64,000 nt of DNA, from the NCBI GenBank assembly GCA_041736875.1, contig JBGSSV010000180.1, forward strand, positions 44,851 to 108,850, given 5' to 3'. The position numbers and the translations under genes are program-made. The number at the start of each line of letters is the position of its first letter. Position 1 is the stretch's first letter. The DNA comes from Chthoniobacterales bacterium (GTDB lineage Bacteria > Verrucomicrobiota > Verrucomicrobiia > Chthoniobacterales > JACTMZ01). This document shows positions 1 to 8,911 of the stretch, piece by piece. The notes under the pieces were generated by a model, which was given only the letters and a program-made list of their open reading frames with translations, had not been told where the DNA came from and ran no database searches.

Positions 1-2
1 TG

Positions 3-149
3 GTGCCTTGCTCCCAGGCCTCCTCCGCGCAACCCAAGCTTGCTGTCCTGTCTATCGTCTTTCTTTTGAAAACCCTCGTGATCGGCTGCGCTAGATTCGT
101 GGGCTCGCAAGTTTCCGAGTTCCTGCCTTATCCCGCTGGCGTCCAATGA
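3..149 (+). CDS. 3' end of an upstream gene (partial), hydrophobic C-terminus
   Basis: Frame 3 is open from the window edge (..KLAVLSIVFLLKTLVIGCARF..). It stops at TGA 147-149, overlapping the ATG at 146 of the next gene (ATGA). No family was recognised. Confidence 0.3.
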   Translation: MPCSQASSAQPKLAVLSIVFLLKTLVIGCARFVGSQVSEFLPYPAGVQ

Positions 150-964
150 ATGCCGATTTTCATGTGTGCTTGCGCAGAGCTTTCCGAGGCTGCCCCGCAG
201 GACTTCGTGCCTTTCTGGAGCGCAGCATGCGGGGGCGGGTGGTCAAGCGGCGCTTGGGAGCGGAAGTCGGTGGCCGCGAGGTGTTCATCACGCCCGAAGC
301 CAGCCTCTATTGGGCATGGCCTTGGGCCTCGGCAGAGGCGGATCCCGAATTACTGGCCATCTGCCGGGAGTTCGTGCGCCCGGGAGATGCCGTGTGGGAT
401 TTGGGCGGCAACGTGGGCTTCTTCGCCTTCCTCGCGGCCGCCCATGCCGGCCCGAAAGGATTCGTGCTGTCGGTGGAGCCCGATCCTTTCCTCACCAGCC
501 TGATGATCCGCAGTGAACAGCATCGTCCCCCGGACGCCGCTCCTTGCACCGTCATCGCCGCCGCGGTCGGATCGGAAGCTGGATTTGCCTCACTTGAGAT
601 CCCCGAGCGCTCGCGGGCGGCCAACGCCCTCGCCGGTCGCAGCGAGTGCACCCAGCGGGGCGGGCTCCGGCAAGCCTTCGACGTGCCGGTCGTGACGCTC
701 GACCAATTGGGCACGAGCTACCGTCCGCCCAGCTTGATCAAGATGGACATCGAAGGCTCCGAACCTGAGGCCCTCTCGGGTGGCCGGGACTTGCTGCAGA
801 AATTCCATCCGGTCATCTATCTTGAAGTGCAAAAGCACCAAGCCGCACAGATCCGGGACTTGCTGCGAGCCTTCGGATATCGCCTCTACGATCCTGCCGT
901 GCCGCCCGCCGACCGTCGCGAGTTGTCCGCCTTGACCTACAACGTGCTTGCCCTTGCTGGTTGA
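146..964 (+). CDS. FkbM-family SAM-dependent methyltransferase
   Basis: SAM-binding motif VWDLGGNVGFFAF and the FkbM hallmark IKMDIEGSEPEAL. Confidence 0.85.
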   Translation: MNADFHVCLRRAFRGCPAGLRAFLERSMRGRVVKRRLGAEVGGREVFITPEASLYWAWPWASAEADPELLAICREFVRPGDAVWDLGGNVGFFAFLAAAHAGPKGFVLSVEPDPFLTSLMIRSEQHRPPDAAPCTVIAAAVGSEAGFASLEIPERSRAANALAGRSECTQRGGLRQAFDVPVVTLDQLGTSYRPPSLIKMDIEGSEPEALSGGRDLLQKFHPVIYLEVQKHQAAQIRDLLRAFGYRLYDPAVPPADRRELSALTYNVLALAG

Positions 965-1102
965 TCATTGCTTTCTTGCAGACTTTGCTGCTTGGCCCAG
1001 TGCCTTAGGCAGGCTCCGGAATCAGGCCAGCCGCGCTCAAGTGGGACCTGTATCAAAGTGGCACCGCTTGACGGAATGCTGTATTGCCGTATCGATATAA
1101 AT

Positions 1103-1375
1103 ATGAAGACCACCATCGATATCCCTGAACCGCTTTACAAGAGAGCCAAGTTCCGCTGCATCGAAAAAGGTCAGACCCTGCGTGATATGGTCATTGCCTC
1201 TCTTCAGAAAGAACTGGCCGAACAGTGCTCGCCGCCGGCTCAGCCCTATTGGTCCAGCCGAAACCTGAGGCCGGCCTATGCCGAAGCTCTCGCCCGCGGG
1301 GACTTTTCCGGAGGCGCCGACTCCACCTTGATTGTCTCCGAAGACCGTGATTCGCGTGAAGGCGCTCTACTTTGA
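1103..1375 (+). CDS. vapB: Type II antitoxin, VapB-like (ribbon-helix-helix type)
   Basis: The internal ATG at 1103 gives MKTTIDIPEPLYKRAKFRCIEKGQTLRDMVIASLQKEL, a typical small antitoxin N-terminus. The 3' end overlaps the PIN gene. Confidence 0.7.
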   Translation: MKTTIDIPEPLYKRAKFRCIEKGQTLRDMVIASLQKELAEQCSPPAQPYWSSRNLRPAYAEALARGDFSGGADSTLIVSEDRDSREGALL

Positions 1376-1802
1376 CACCAGCTATCTCTTCCGGTTGTAT
1401 TGCGCGGAACCCGGTCATGAGAAAGTCAAAGCCCTCCTCCCGGGCATAGACAGAATTTTTTCCGTCCAGCTCGCCCGGGCCGAGTTTGCCCCTATCGTTT
1501 TGCGCAAGAGGCGTGAGAAGTCCGCAACTGACAGTGCTCTGACCGAGTTGCACGAACAGTTTCTCGACGAGGTGCGTGATGGCCACATCCAGTTAATTGT
1601 CCCGGAGGATTGCGAGTTTGAGGTCATCGAAGCCGTGCTTCGAAGTGCTTCCCCAGACACATTTTTACGGGCTGCAGACGCCTTGCACTTGGCCGCGGCC
1701 GCCTGGCATGGATTCAAGGAAGTCTATTCCAATGATCGCCATTTTCTCGCGGCAGCACCACTCTTCGGGCTGCGTGGTATCGACGTTGCTTCCGCTGGAT
1801 AG
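1332..1802 (+). CDS. vapC: PIN-domain toxin (VapC-like ribonuclease)
   Basis: ALYFDTSYLFRLY supplies the N-terminal acidic residue; ADALHLAAA and SNDRHF supply the C-terminal acidic residues. The start is uncertain (TTG 1332, GTG 1347 or GTG 1356). It overlaps the antitoxin stop at 1373-1375. Confidence 0.75.
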   Translation: MSPKTVIRVKALYFDTSYLFRLYCAEPGHEKVKALLPGIDRIFSVQLARAEFAPIVLRKRREKSATDSALTELHEQFLDEVRDGHIQLIVPEDCEFEVIEAVLRSASPDTFLRAADALHLAAAAWHGFKEVYSNDRHFLAAAPLFGLRGIDVASAG

Positions 1803-1863
1803 GTATTCTTCCTGCTACCTTGGCTGATCGTCATTTGAGGGTCACCCTTCCTCTCGCTGCCCC

Positions 1864-2724
1864 ATGCTTCAAGTTCCCGCCGACTACGAGATCCTCATCA
1901 AGCCGACGAAGGGCTGGTTGAAGCTGAACCTCGCCGATGTCTGGCGCTACCGGGACTTGCTGTTCCTGCTGGTCCATCGCGATTTTGTCTCCAAATACAA
2001 GCAGACGGTGCTCGGGCCGCTGTGGTTCATCATCCAGCCGTTGCTCCTAACAGTCGTCTTCACCATCATCTTCGGCAAAGTGGCACAGATCCCGACGGAC
2101 GGCTTGCCGCCGATGCTCTTCTACTTGGCCGGCCTGCTCGGATGGAATTACTTTGCGCAGACCTTCACTGGGACGTCAGGCACGCTCACGGCCAATGCCG
2201 GCATCTTCGGCAAGGTGTATTTTCCGCGCCTCGTCGTCCCGCTTTCGACAGTCATTTCCGGCTTCATCGCCTTTGGCATCCAATTGGCCACGTTCCTTTG
2301 CTTCTGGGCCTATTTCAAATGGTTCACAGCCGCTGGACCGACCATCCAGATGACGCCTGCGATCTTGTGGTTCCCGCTGCTGATGATCCAGATCGCCGCG
2401 TTGAGCTTGGGGGTGGGTTTGTGGCTGACTTCGCTCACGGCCAAATACCGCGACTTCGCCTTCCTCACCGGGTTTCTCGTGCAGATCTGGATGTATGCCA
2501 CACCGGTGATTTACCCGCTCTCCCGCATCCCTGAGGACTGGCGCTGGGTTGCCGTGCTGAACCCCATGACGATGCCCGTCGAATCCATCAAATACATGTT
2601 CCTCGGCCAAGGCATCGTCAGCCCCGCCTACTTCGCCATTTCCATCGCCATGACGCTCGTGCTCCTGCTGAGCGGAATTGTCCTGTTCAACAAGGTGGAG
2701 AAGACCTTTGTGGATACTGTGTAG
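1864..2724 (+). CDS. wzm: ABC-2 type polysaccharide export permease (Wzm/TagG-like)
   Basis: YRDLLFLLVHRDFVSKYKQTVLGPLWFIIQPLL matches the Wzm N-terminal signature, and multiple hydrophobic segments follow. Confidence 0.85.
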   Translation: MLQVPADYEILIKPTKGWLKLNLADVWRYRDLLFLLVHRDFVSKYKQTVLGPLWFIIQPLLLTVVFTIIFGKVAQIPTDGLPPMLFYLAGLLGWNYFAQTFTGTSGTLTANAGIFGKVYFPRLVVPLSTVISGFIAFGIQLATFLCFWAYFKWFTAAGPTIQMTPAILWFPLLMIQIAALSLGVGLWLTSLTAKYRDFAFLTGFLVQIWMYATPVIYPLSRIPEDWRWVAVLNPMTMPVESIKYMFLGQGIVSPAYFAISIAMTLVLLLSGIVLFNKVEKTFVDTV

Positions 2725-2780
2725 CCAGCGGAGTTGGTTGTGGGGACGATCGTCTGAAGATGGAAGAAAAGAGATGGTAG

Positions 2781-3155
2781 GTGGGTATAGGATTTGAGGA
2801 TTTGGACACATGGAGAGAGGCGCGGGCGTTGACCAAAGATGTCTACGCTCTCACCCGGGTGGGTCCGATGCCCAGGGATCGTCGGCTTTGCTCGCAGATT
2901 CAAGCTTCTGCCGTATCTGTCATGTCGAACGTGGCTGAGGGCTTCGAGAGGACTGGTAATGCTGAAGAGTTGCACCTTTACCATATCGCCCGAGCGTCCT
3001 GCGGTGAGGTTCGCTCGCAGCTTTACGTTGTTGAGGACGTCTATCCAGAGTGTGCGCGGGAGGCTCTTGAACTCCGCGACCGTTTCGAGGCCGTCGGACG
3101 CCTTGTTTTTGGGCTAATGGAGAGCACGGGGCGAAGGAGTGCCGAAAAGCGCTGA
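2781..3155 (+). CDS. Four-helix-bundle protein (23S rRNA intervening-sequence protein / Avd-like family)
   Basis: FEDLDTWREARAL..., QIQASAVSVMSNVAEGFER and ARASCGEVRSQLYV match this family. GTG start. Confidence 0.8.
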   Translation: MGIGFEDLDTWREARALTKDVYALTRVGPMPRDRRLCSQIQASAVSVMSNVAEGFERTGNAEELHLYHIARASCGEVRSQLYVVEDVYPECAREALELRDRFEAVGRLVFGLMESTGRRSAEKR

Positions 3156-3232
3156 GGCTAACTTTGGGAATCCCTGTTATCCCTCCCAACTTCACACTCC
3201 AATATCCCATATGCGCTGCCTAGCAGTTCACC

Positions 3233-4546
3233 ATGACACCTATTGTTGAAGTCAAAGGACTCTCCAAGCGCTACAGGCTCGGCGTGTTCAACGCGCGGAC
3301 GCTGCGCGAAGAGGCGGAGGTGTTTCTTGCGCGATTCTCGCGCAAGAAGGGAGATGGAAGTTCGAAGATCGGATATGGGTCCCTATCTACCAACTCCAAA
3401 CTCTATTCTCCTTCGTCAACTCCCGCTGACGACTTCTGGGCGTTGCGCGACGTTTCCTTCGACGTCCACCCCGGCGAGGTCATCGGCATCATCGGACGCA
3501 ACGGGGCGGGGAAGAGCACGTTGTTGAAAATTTTGAGCCGCATCACGGAGCCGACGTCAGGCGAGGCGCGGATTCGCGGGCGGGTGGCGTCGCTGCTTGA
3601 GGTGGGGACGGGATTCCATCCGGAGTTGTCGGGCCGGGAAAACATCTTCCTCAACGGGGCGATCCTCGGCATGACCAAGGCCGAGATCCGGAGGAAATTC
3701 GACGAGATCGTGGCTTTTGCGGAGATCGAGAAGTTCATCGATACGCCGGTGAAGCGTTACAGCTCGGGCATGTATGTGCGTTTGGCCTTTTCCGTTGCTG
3801 CGCATTTGGAGCCAGAAATTCTTATCATAGACGAAGTTCTTGCTGTCGGGGATGCTGGCTTCCAGAAGAAATGTCTTGGGAAAATGAAAGAGGTAAGTGG
3901 AAAGGGGGGGCGCACGGTGTTGTTCGTTAGTCACAACATGACGGCAGTGCGCTCACTTTGTTCTCGAGCTATTCTGTTGCGATCCGGGCACCTGGTGGCA
4001 GACGACGCGATCGAGTCCGTTGTTCACACCTATGAGAACACCGAGCTCAAAGCATCGCTTCATCGCAAATGGGACGAACCTCCGAGGGAAGAACACTCGG
4101 GGGTGCGCGGTGGGATCTATTTGAAAGAGGCCAAGGTGTTGGCCGGCAGCAGGCAAGCAGAAGCCATCCGGGTGAACGACACGTTCGAATTGGCATTCTG
4201 TGTGAGCAGTAATCGTCGCGCTAACATTGCTCTCACTCCTCATTACCTAGGTCCCTCCGGGGAAACGCTCTTTGCGGCACCTTCGTCGGCAATAGCGCTC
4301 AAACCGGGTGACACTTGGTATATCTGCCGTATACCCGGTGATCTTCTCAATGACGGGATCTACTCGGTGCGCCTGCTTGTCGTGGAGGAAGGCCCTCAGG
4401 TGTTGCAGATCGTCAATGATGCGCTGGTCTTCGAGGTTCACGATCTTCAACGTGAAGGTGCTTGGCTTGGCAAGTGGCCTGGGGTGATTCGTCCGAAGTT
4501 CGACTGGCGATTTGAATCAGTGCTAAAGGAGCGAATCTTGGCATGA
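3233..4546 (+). CDS. wzt: Polysaccharide ABC exporter ATP-binding protein with C-terminal glycan-binding domain (Wzt)
   Basis: Walker A GRNGAGKST, signature YSSGMYVRLAF and Walker B ILIIDEVLAVGD. A C-terminal extension of about 170 aa resembles the Wzt_C beta-sandwich. Confidence 0.9.
   Translation: MTPIVEVKGLSKRYRLGVFNARTLREEAEVFLARFSRKKGDGSSKIGYGSLSTNSKLYSPSSTPADDFWALRDVSFDVHPGEVIGIIGRNGAGKSTLLKILSRITEPTSGEARIRGRVASLLEVGTGFHPELSGRENIFLNGAILGMTKAEIRRKFDEIVAFAEIEKFIDTPVKRYSSGMYVRLAFSVAAHLEPEILIIDEVLAVGDAGFQKKCLGKMKEVSGKGGRTVLFVSHNMTAVRSLCSRAILLRSGHLVADDAIESVVHTYENTELKASLHRKWDEPPREEHSGVRGGIYLKEAKVLAGSRQAEAIRVNDTFELAFCVSSNRRANIALTPHYLGPSGETLFAAPSSAIALKPGDTWYICRIPGDLLNDGIYSVRLLVVEEGPQVLQIVNDALVFEVHDLQREGAWLGKWPGVIRPKFDWRFESVLKERILA
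3350..3426 (+). repeat. Degenerate heptamer tandem tract inside wzt (in frame)
   Basis: Read in one 7-nt register: ggagatg gaagttc gaagatc ggatatg ... aactcca aactcta ttctcct tcgtcaa ctcccgc. Confidence 0.6.
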
Positions 4547-5661
4547 AGACATTTGTTGAAGCCTACGTGCAAGTGCTCGTTGATGCGATCGGGGCGGACT
4601 TCGCCGACAATTACGATGGTGATCGTTTCGGTCCGGAGAAGAGGAGCCCGTATGGCCCCAAAACAATCCTGAGAAGTTGTTGCGCGATGTTCGGGCTCAC
4701 TTCTGTCGGTGCAGCGCGGCAGACAGTGAATTCCGGACTTCGGTTTGTCGAGCCGCACCGCGCCGACTTGGAGTGGCTTTACGGCAACTTGGCTGACGAG
4801 GAGTCCAAGCGGTGGCTGGTCAGCCTCATGGCATTTCGAGCCCTGCGGCACCGGAAGATTCGATTGCCAACCAACACGCTTGCATACTGGGAGGGCGTGC
4901 GGAAGGCCAAAGCTCTGGCGAGGAGTGAAGAATCCATCGATCTCGGGTTTCTCGGCTTCAGAGCCCGTAAACTGAATCTGTCGCCCGTCGGGTATCCGAT
5001 CGAGTTGTTTTTTGTTCCATTCGCTGTGCATATCCAGTTTGTTATGCAACCCTACCGCTGCGTCAGTGGGTCAACATTGATCGAAGCACAGGAGGGGGAT
5101 GTTGTTCTGGATTGCGGCGGTTGCTATGGGGACACGGCTTTGTATTTCGCGCACAAAGTCGGCCCGCAGGGCAAAGTTCTCAGCTTCGAATTCGTGCCAG
5201 CCAACCTCGATATCTGGCGCCAGAACGTCGCCCTCAATCCCAGGCTAGAGCCGGTCATACGATTGGTTGAGGCTGCGGTTAGCGACCGGTCGGGCGATGA
5301 ACTCTTCCTCGAGGGCAGTGGCCCGGGAACAAGGGTCGTGCAAGAGCCCACCAACAGCGGTGCACCAACTGTCCGGACAGCGGCGATCGACGAAGTTGTC
5401 GCACGGGAGGGTCTGTCGCGGGTAGATTTCATCAAGATGGACATCGAGGGCTCTGAGTTGTCCGCCTTGCGAGGGGCTGAACAGGCCTTGAGGCGTTTTC
5501 GCCCCAAGCTCGCCATCAGCGTTTACCACCAACTTGAGGACTTCTGGGCTGTTCCCCAATACCTTGAGGGTCTTGGTCTGGACTACCGTTTTTATCTCCG
5601 CCATTTCACCATCCACGCCGAGGAGACAGTTCTTTTCGCTGTGCCTCCGCCGGTCCGGTAG
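4543..5661 (+). CDS. FkbM-family methyltransferase with N-terminal extension of about 170 aa
   Basis: VLDCGGCYGDTALYFA and IKMDIEGSELSAL. ATGA overlap with the wzt stop. Confidence 0.85.
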   Translation: MKTFVEAYVQVLVDAIGADFADNYDGDRFGPEKRSPYGPKTILRSCCAMFGLTSVGAARQTVNSGLRFVEPHRADLEWLYGNLADEESKRWLVSLMAFRALRHRKIRLPTNTLAYWEGVRKAKALARSEESIDLGFLGFRARKLNLSPVGYPIELFFVPFAVHIQFVMQPYRCVSGSTLIEAQEGDVVLDCGGCYGDTALYFAHKVGPQGKVLSFEFVPANLDIWRQNVALNPRLEPVIRLVEAAVSDRSGDELFLEGSGPGTRVVQEPTNSGAPTVRTAAIDEVVAREGLSRVDFIKMDIEGSELSALRGAEQALRRFRPKLAISVYHQLEDFWAVPQYLEGLGLDYRFYLRHFTIHAEETVLFAVPPPVR

Positions 5662-5684
5662 AGCCTGAAAGTCCGCTTGAGTCT

Positions 5685-6383
5685 ATGCGCGTCGCCATCA
5701 TGCAGCCGTATTTTCTTCCCTACATCGGCTACTGGCAGCTCATCCATGCCGTCGACACCTTTGTGGTCTACGACAACATCAAATACACAAAAAAAGGGTG
5801 GATCAACCGGAACAGATTCTTGCTCAACGGCCGGGCGGAGATCTTTACATTGCCGCTCAGGAAGGACTCGGACTCAGTGGAGATTCGCCAGAGGCGCTTG
5901 GCCGAAACCTTCGACCGCACCGAGCTCATCAACCGCTTCGGCGCCGCTTACCGCAAGGCTCCAGTCTTCGGGACTTTTATGCCTTGGTTGGATAAAATCA
6001 TCCAGTTTCCATCTGACAATCTCTTCGAGTATCTCTTGCATTCGATTAGGCAGATTTGCGCCTATTTGGAGATCAGGACTCCGGTCATGGTGGCTTCGAG
6101 CGTGGACTGCGATCATTCGCTCAAAGCGGCCGAGCGGGTGAAGGCGATCGCCCAATCGCTTGGGGCTGACACTTACATCAACCCGATCGGCGGAACGGAG
6201 CTCTATTCCCGGGAGAATTTTGCCCAGCAGGGGCTCTCGCTCCGTTTTCTGCAGGCGCGCCCGTTTGAGTATGCGCAGGCCAGCCCGAACTTTGTGGCCT
6301 CGCTCTCGATCGTTGATGTGGCGATGTTCAATCACGCCAGTGCGGTTAAGCAGATCTTACGCCAAGGATATGACATCGCCTAA
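5685..6383 (+). CDS. WbqC-family protein
   Basis: The N-terminus MRVAIMQPYFLPYIGYWQLI is the characteristic WbqC-like start. Confidence 0.8.
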   Translation: MRVAIMQPYFLPYIGYWQLIHAVDTFVVYDNIKYTKKGWINRNRFLLNGRAEIFTLPLRKDSDSVEIRQRRLAETFDRTELINRFGAAYRKAPVFGTFMPWLDKIIQFPSDNLFEYLLHSIRQICAYLEIRTPVMVASSVDCDHSLKAAERVKAIAQSLGADTYINPIGGTELYSRENFAQQGLSLRFLQARPFEYAQASPNFVASLSIVDVAMFNHASAVKQILRQGYDIA

Positions 6384-7113
6384 ACATTCTGCGGCCGACT
6401 CCCTTGACCAACACGTTGGTGCCTACGAGGGCGACAACATCTATGACTTCGATAACGAGATCCTGCTGAATTGGTATCCGCAACGGGTCATTGGCCTCAC
6501 GGGCACCGAGAAGACTCTGCTCGAACTCGGCTTGGGGCATGGGTTCTCCACGCAAAGGTTTTCGAAAGCATTCTCCCGTCATGTGGTGGTCGAAGGCTCC
6601 CCGGCAGTGATTCGGCATTTCAAGGCACAGAATCCCCATTGCCCCGCTCACATCGAGGCGGCACTTTTCGAAAACTTCACCACCGACGAGATCTTCGACG
6701 TGATCGTCATGGGTTTTGTCCTTGAACATGTCGAGGACCCGGTCGCCATCCTTCGGCGATTCCGTCGTTTTCTCGCGCCGGGCGGGCGGGTATTTGTTGC
6801 CGTGCCAAACGCGGAGGTGCTGAACCGCAGGCTGGGTCATGCCATGGGTATCCTTGATGACATCACCAAGCCCTCGGAGAATGATCTTCTACTGGGGCAC
6901 CGGCGTTACTACACCTCCTCCACGCTCCGCGATGATCTGGCGCGAGCTGGTTTCCAAGTAGCCCGTCTCGAAGGGATCTATCTTAAGCCGTTGAGCACGC
7001 CGCAGATCATCTCCTTGCGCCTTGACCGGAGTGCCATCGATGCGCTTTGCGCCGTTGGCGTGAATTACCCCGAACTCAGCTGCGGTCTGCTCGCGGAGGC
7101 GAGTCCGCTGTGA
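6370..7113 (+). CDS. Class I SAM-dependent methyltransferase (247 codons)
   Basis: LLELGLGHGFST and FVLEHVEDPVAILRRFRRFLAPGGRVFVAVPN. The internal ATG at 6370 overlaps the end of the WbqC gene by 14 nt. The upstream part of track ORF 6160.. lies inside the WbqC gene. Confidence 0.8.
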   Translation: MTSPKHSAADSLDQHVGAYEGDNIYDFDNEILLNWYPQRVIGLTGTEKTLLELGLGHGFSTQRFSKAFSRHVVVEGSPAVIRHFKAQNPHCPAHIEAALFENFTTDEIFDVIVMGFVLEHVEDPVAILRRFRRFLAPGGRVFVAVPNAEVLNRRLGHAMGILDDITKPSENDLLLGHRRYYTSSTLRDDLARAGFQVARLEGIYLKPLSTPQIISLRLDRSAIDALCAVGVNYPELSCGLLAEASPL

Positions 7114-7955
7114 AGATACTGCTCGTTGGCGCTCGATCTGCGGTCGCTCAGGTCCTGGCGCCTTCCCTTGGGGCTCTGGGCGACGTTGTCACCGCGGGGC
7201 CTGAGGGCTGTGAAGTCCCTCTCGACCTTGAGGGGCCGCTGCAAAAGTTTCGTTTGCCTCAGGGCACGGACATCGTGGTCAATACGGCGGCTTCTTTTGG
7301 CACTGGGGGATTTGCGTCTCTTGCCGACGGGATTGCGGTCAACGTCCTTGGATCTCTCAAGTTGTGCGAGGCGTCCCTCGCCGCCGGGGTGAAGCACTTT
7401 GTGCAGATCTCCAGCATTAACGCCACTTTGCGTGCGGATTCACCCTACTACGATGCGTATGCCCTGACCAAGCGGCAGGGTGATGAGGCGATCGAACTGC
7501 GCTGTCGAGGCGCCAGCATGGTTTTGACCATTCTCCGGCCCTCACAACTCTATGGCCACCCAATGTTCCGGAGACGCCAGCTGTTTGTTTACAGCGCCAT
7601 GGACAAGGCCATGCGTGGTGAGGATGTGCTCATCCACGGAAGGCGGGCGCCTTTGCGCAATTACCTGCACGCGAGGGATCTCAGTAGATTCGTCTCGGCT
7701 GTGATCGAGAAGCGCGTGGCTGGCTGCTATCAGTGCACGCACCCGAGCGATGCCAGTTTTGAAGATGTTGCGCGTGCCGCCATTGAGGCGGCGAAATCAA
7801 AAAGCCGCGTGCAGTTGGATGTGAGCAAAAGCAATATCGCCGACAACGTGTTCCCTTTCGATCCCGCACTCTACAAGGCCCTTGGAATGTCTCCTCTGAC
7901 TTCGCTGCATGATGGGGTGGCCGAGTCGGTGCAAAGCATGATGTTGCCCCAATGA
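7110..7955 (+). CDS. NAD(P)-dependent epimerase/dehydratase-like (SDR) protein
   Basis: N-terminal VKILLVGARSAVAQVL Rossmann-like start and a YxxxK-like YALTK. GTGA overlap with the previous stop. Confidence 0.65.
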   Translation: MKILLVGARSAVAQVLAPSLGALGDVVTAGPEGCEVPLDLEGPLQKFRLPQGTDIVVNTAASFGTGGFASLADGIAVNVLGSLKLCEASLAAGVKHFVQISSINATLRADSPYYDAYALTKRQGDEAIELRCRGASMVLTILRPSQLYGHPMFRRRQLFVYSAMDKAMRGEDVLIHGRRAPLRNYLHARDLSRFVSAVIEKRVAGCYQCTHPSDASFEDVARAAIEAAKSKSRVQLDVSKSNIADNVFPFDPALYKALGMSPLTSLHDGVAESVQSMMLPQ

Positions 7956-8911
7956 CAACCGTCTTGATTTCCGGGGCGAGCGGGGTCGTGGGCTACGGCA
8001 TCCTTCGCTCTCTGAAAAAGGCGGGCCACGACCTGCGGCTTCTCGGCACAACAACGCACGCGCACTCCGTCGCGCCGGCCTTTTGCGATGTGTTTGAGCG
8101 GGCCACGGCCACCGAGAACGCGAATTACTTTCCGTGGCTCTTGGAGACCATCGGCCGACACAAGGTGGACGTCGCCATTCCGGGCATCGAGATGGACATG
8201 CAATCATGGTCAGATCACCGGCCGCTGCTGCAGGGCGTGGTCAAATGCGTGCTTAACAGTCGGGATCTCATCGCGTTGTGCCGTGACAAGTGGTTGTTCT
8301 ACCTGGATCTGTTGCAGCGCTCTGATCCTTGTGCCATCCCAACCTACAACAGTGGTAAATTTGACGAACTCGTGGCCGCGTGCGGGCTGCCCTTTCTGCT
8401 GAAGCCGAGGCGAGGATTCGGCTCGAAGGGCATTGTCAAAGTCGAGAACGAGACGGTTTTTCTGACGATGGAGGCTCGTTTCGGGCCCGAGCTTATCGCA
8501 CAGCCGATCGTCGGATCGGATCAGACCGAATACTCGATTTCTTGCTTCGGTGATGGCGAGGGCGGCCTACTGAATATGTTCTCTCTGCGTCGAAGATTGG
8601 GCCCCGGCGGGTTTACCGAATGGGCTGAGGTGGTAGACAGCGAGCCTTTCGCCGCGACTGTGTCCCGTCTGTGTTCATTCTATCACCCCCTGGGGCCGAC
8701 CAACTTTCAATTTCGCGACGACTTCGGCGAACTCAAGCTTCTCGAGATCAATCCAAGGATCTCTTCCGCAACCTCCATCCGGGCGGCCTTCGGATACAAT
8801 GAACCCCGCATGGCAGTGGACTTCTTCATGCAGGGGCTGCGGCCCCCGGCGCCGGAGACTGGTCGGGGCGTGGCCGTCCGCTACATGGAGGACTACATCA
8901 TTCCTGCATGA
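7952..8911 (+). CDS. ATP-grasp domain protein (carboxylate-amine ligase type)
   Basis: PFLLKPRRGFGSKGI and LKLLEINPRISS are typical ATP-grasp motifs. ATGA overlap upstream. Confidence 0.8.
   Translation: MTTVLISGASGVVGYGILRSLKKAGHDLRLLGTTTHAHSVAPAFCDVFERATATENANYFPWLLETIGRHKVDVAIPGIEMDMQSWSDHRPLLQGVVKCVLNSRDLIALCRDKWLFYLDLLQRSDPCAIPTYNSGKFDELVAACGLPFLLKPRRGFGSKGIVKVENETVFLTMEARFGPELIAQPIVGSDQTEYSISCFGDGEGGLLNMFSLRRRLGPGGFTEWAEVVDSEPFAATVSRLCSFYHPLGPTNFQFRDDFGELKLLEINPRISSATSIRAAFGYNEPRMAVDFFMQGLRPPAPETGRGVAVRYMEDYIIPA

Noticed and set aside
2781-3155. A possible diversity-generating retroelement, because the four-helix-bundle protein resembles Avd.
   Set aside because: The window has no reverse transcriptase ORF. 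I saw no template/variable repeat pair with adenine-specific differences near the gene.
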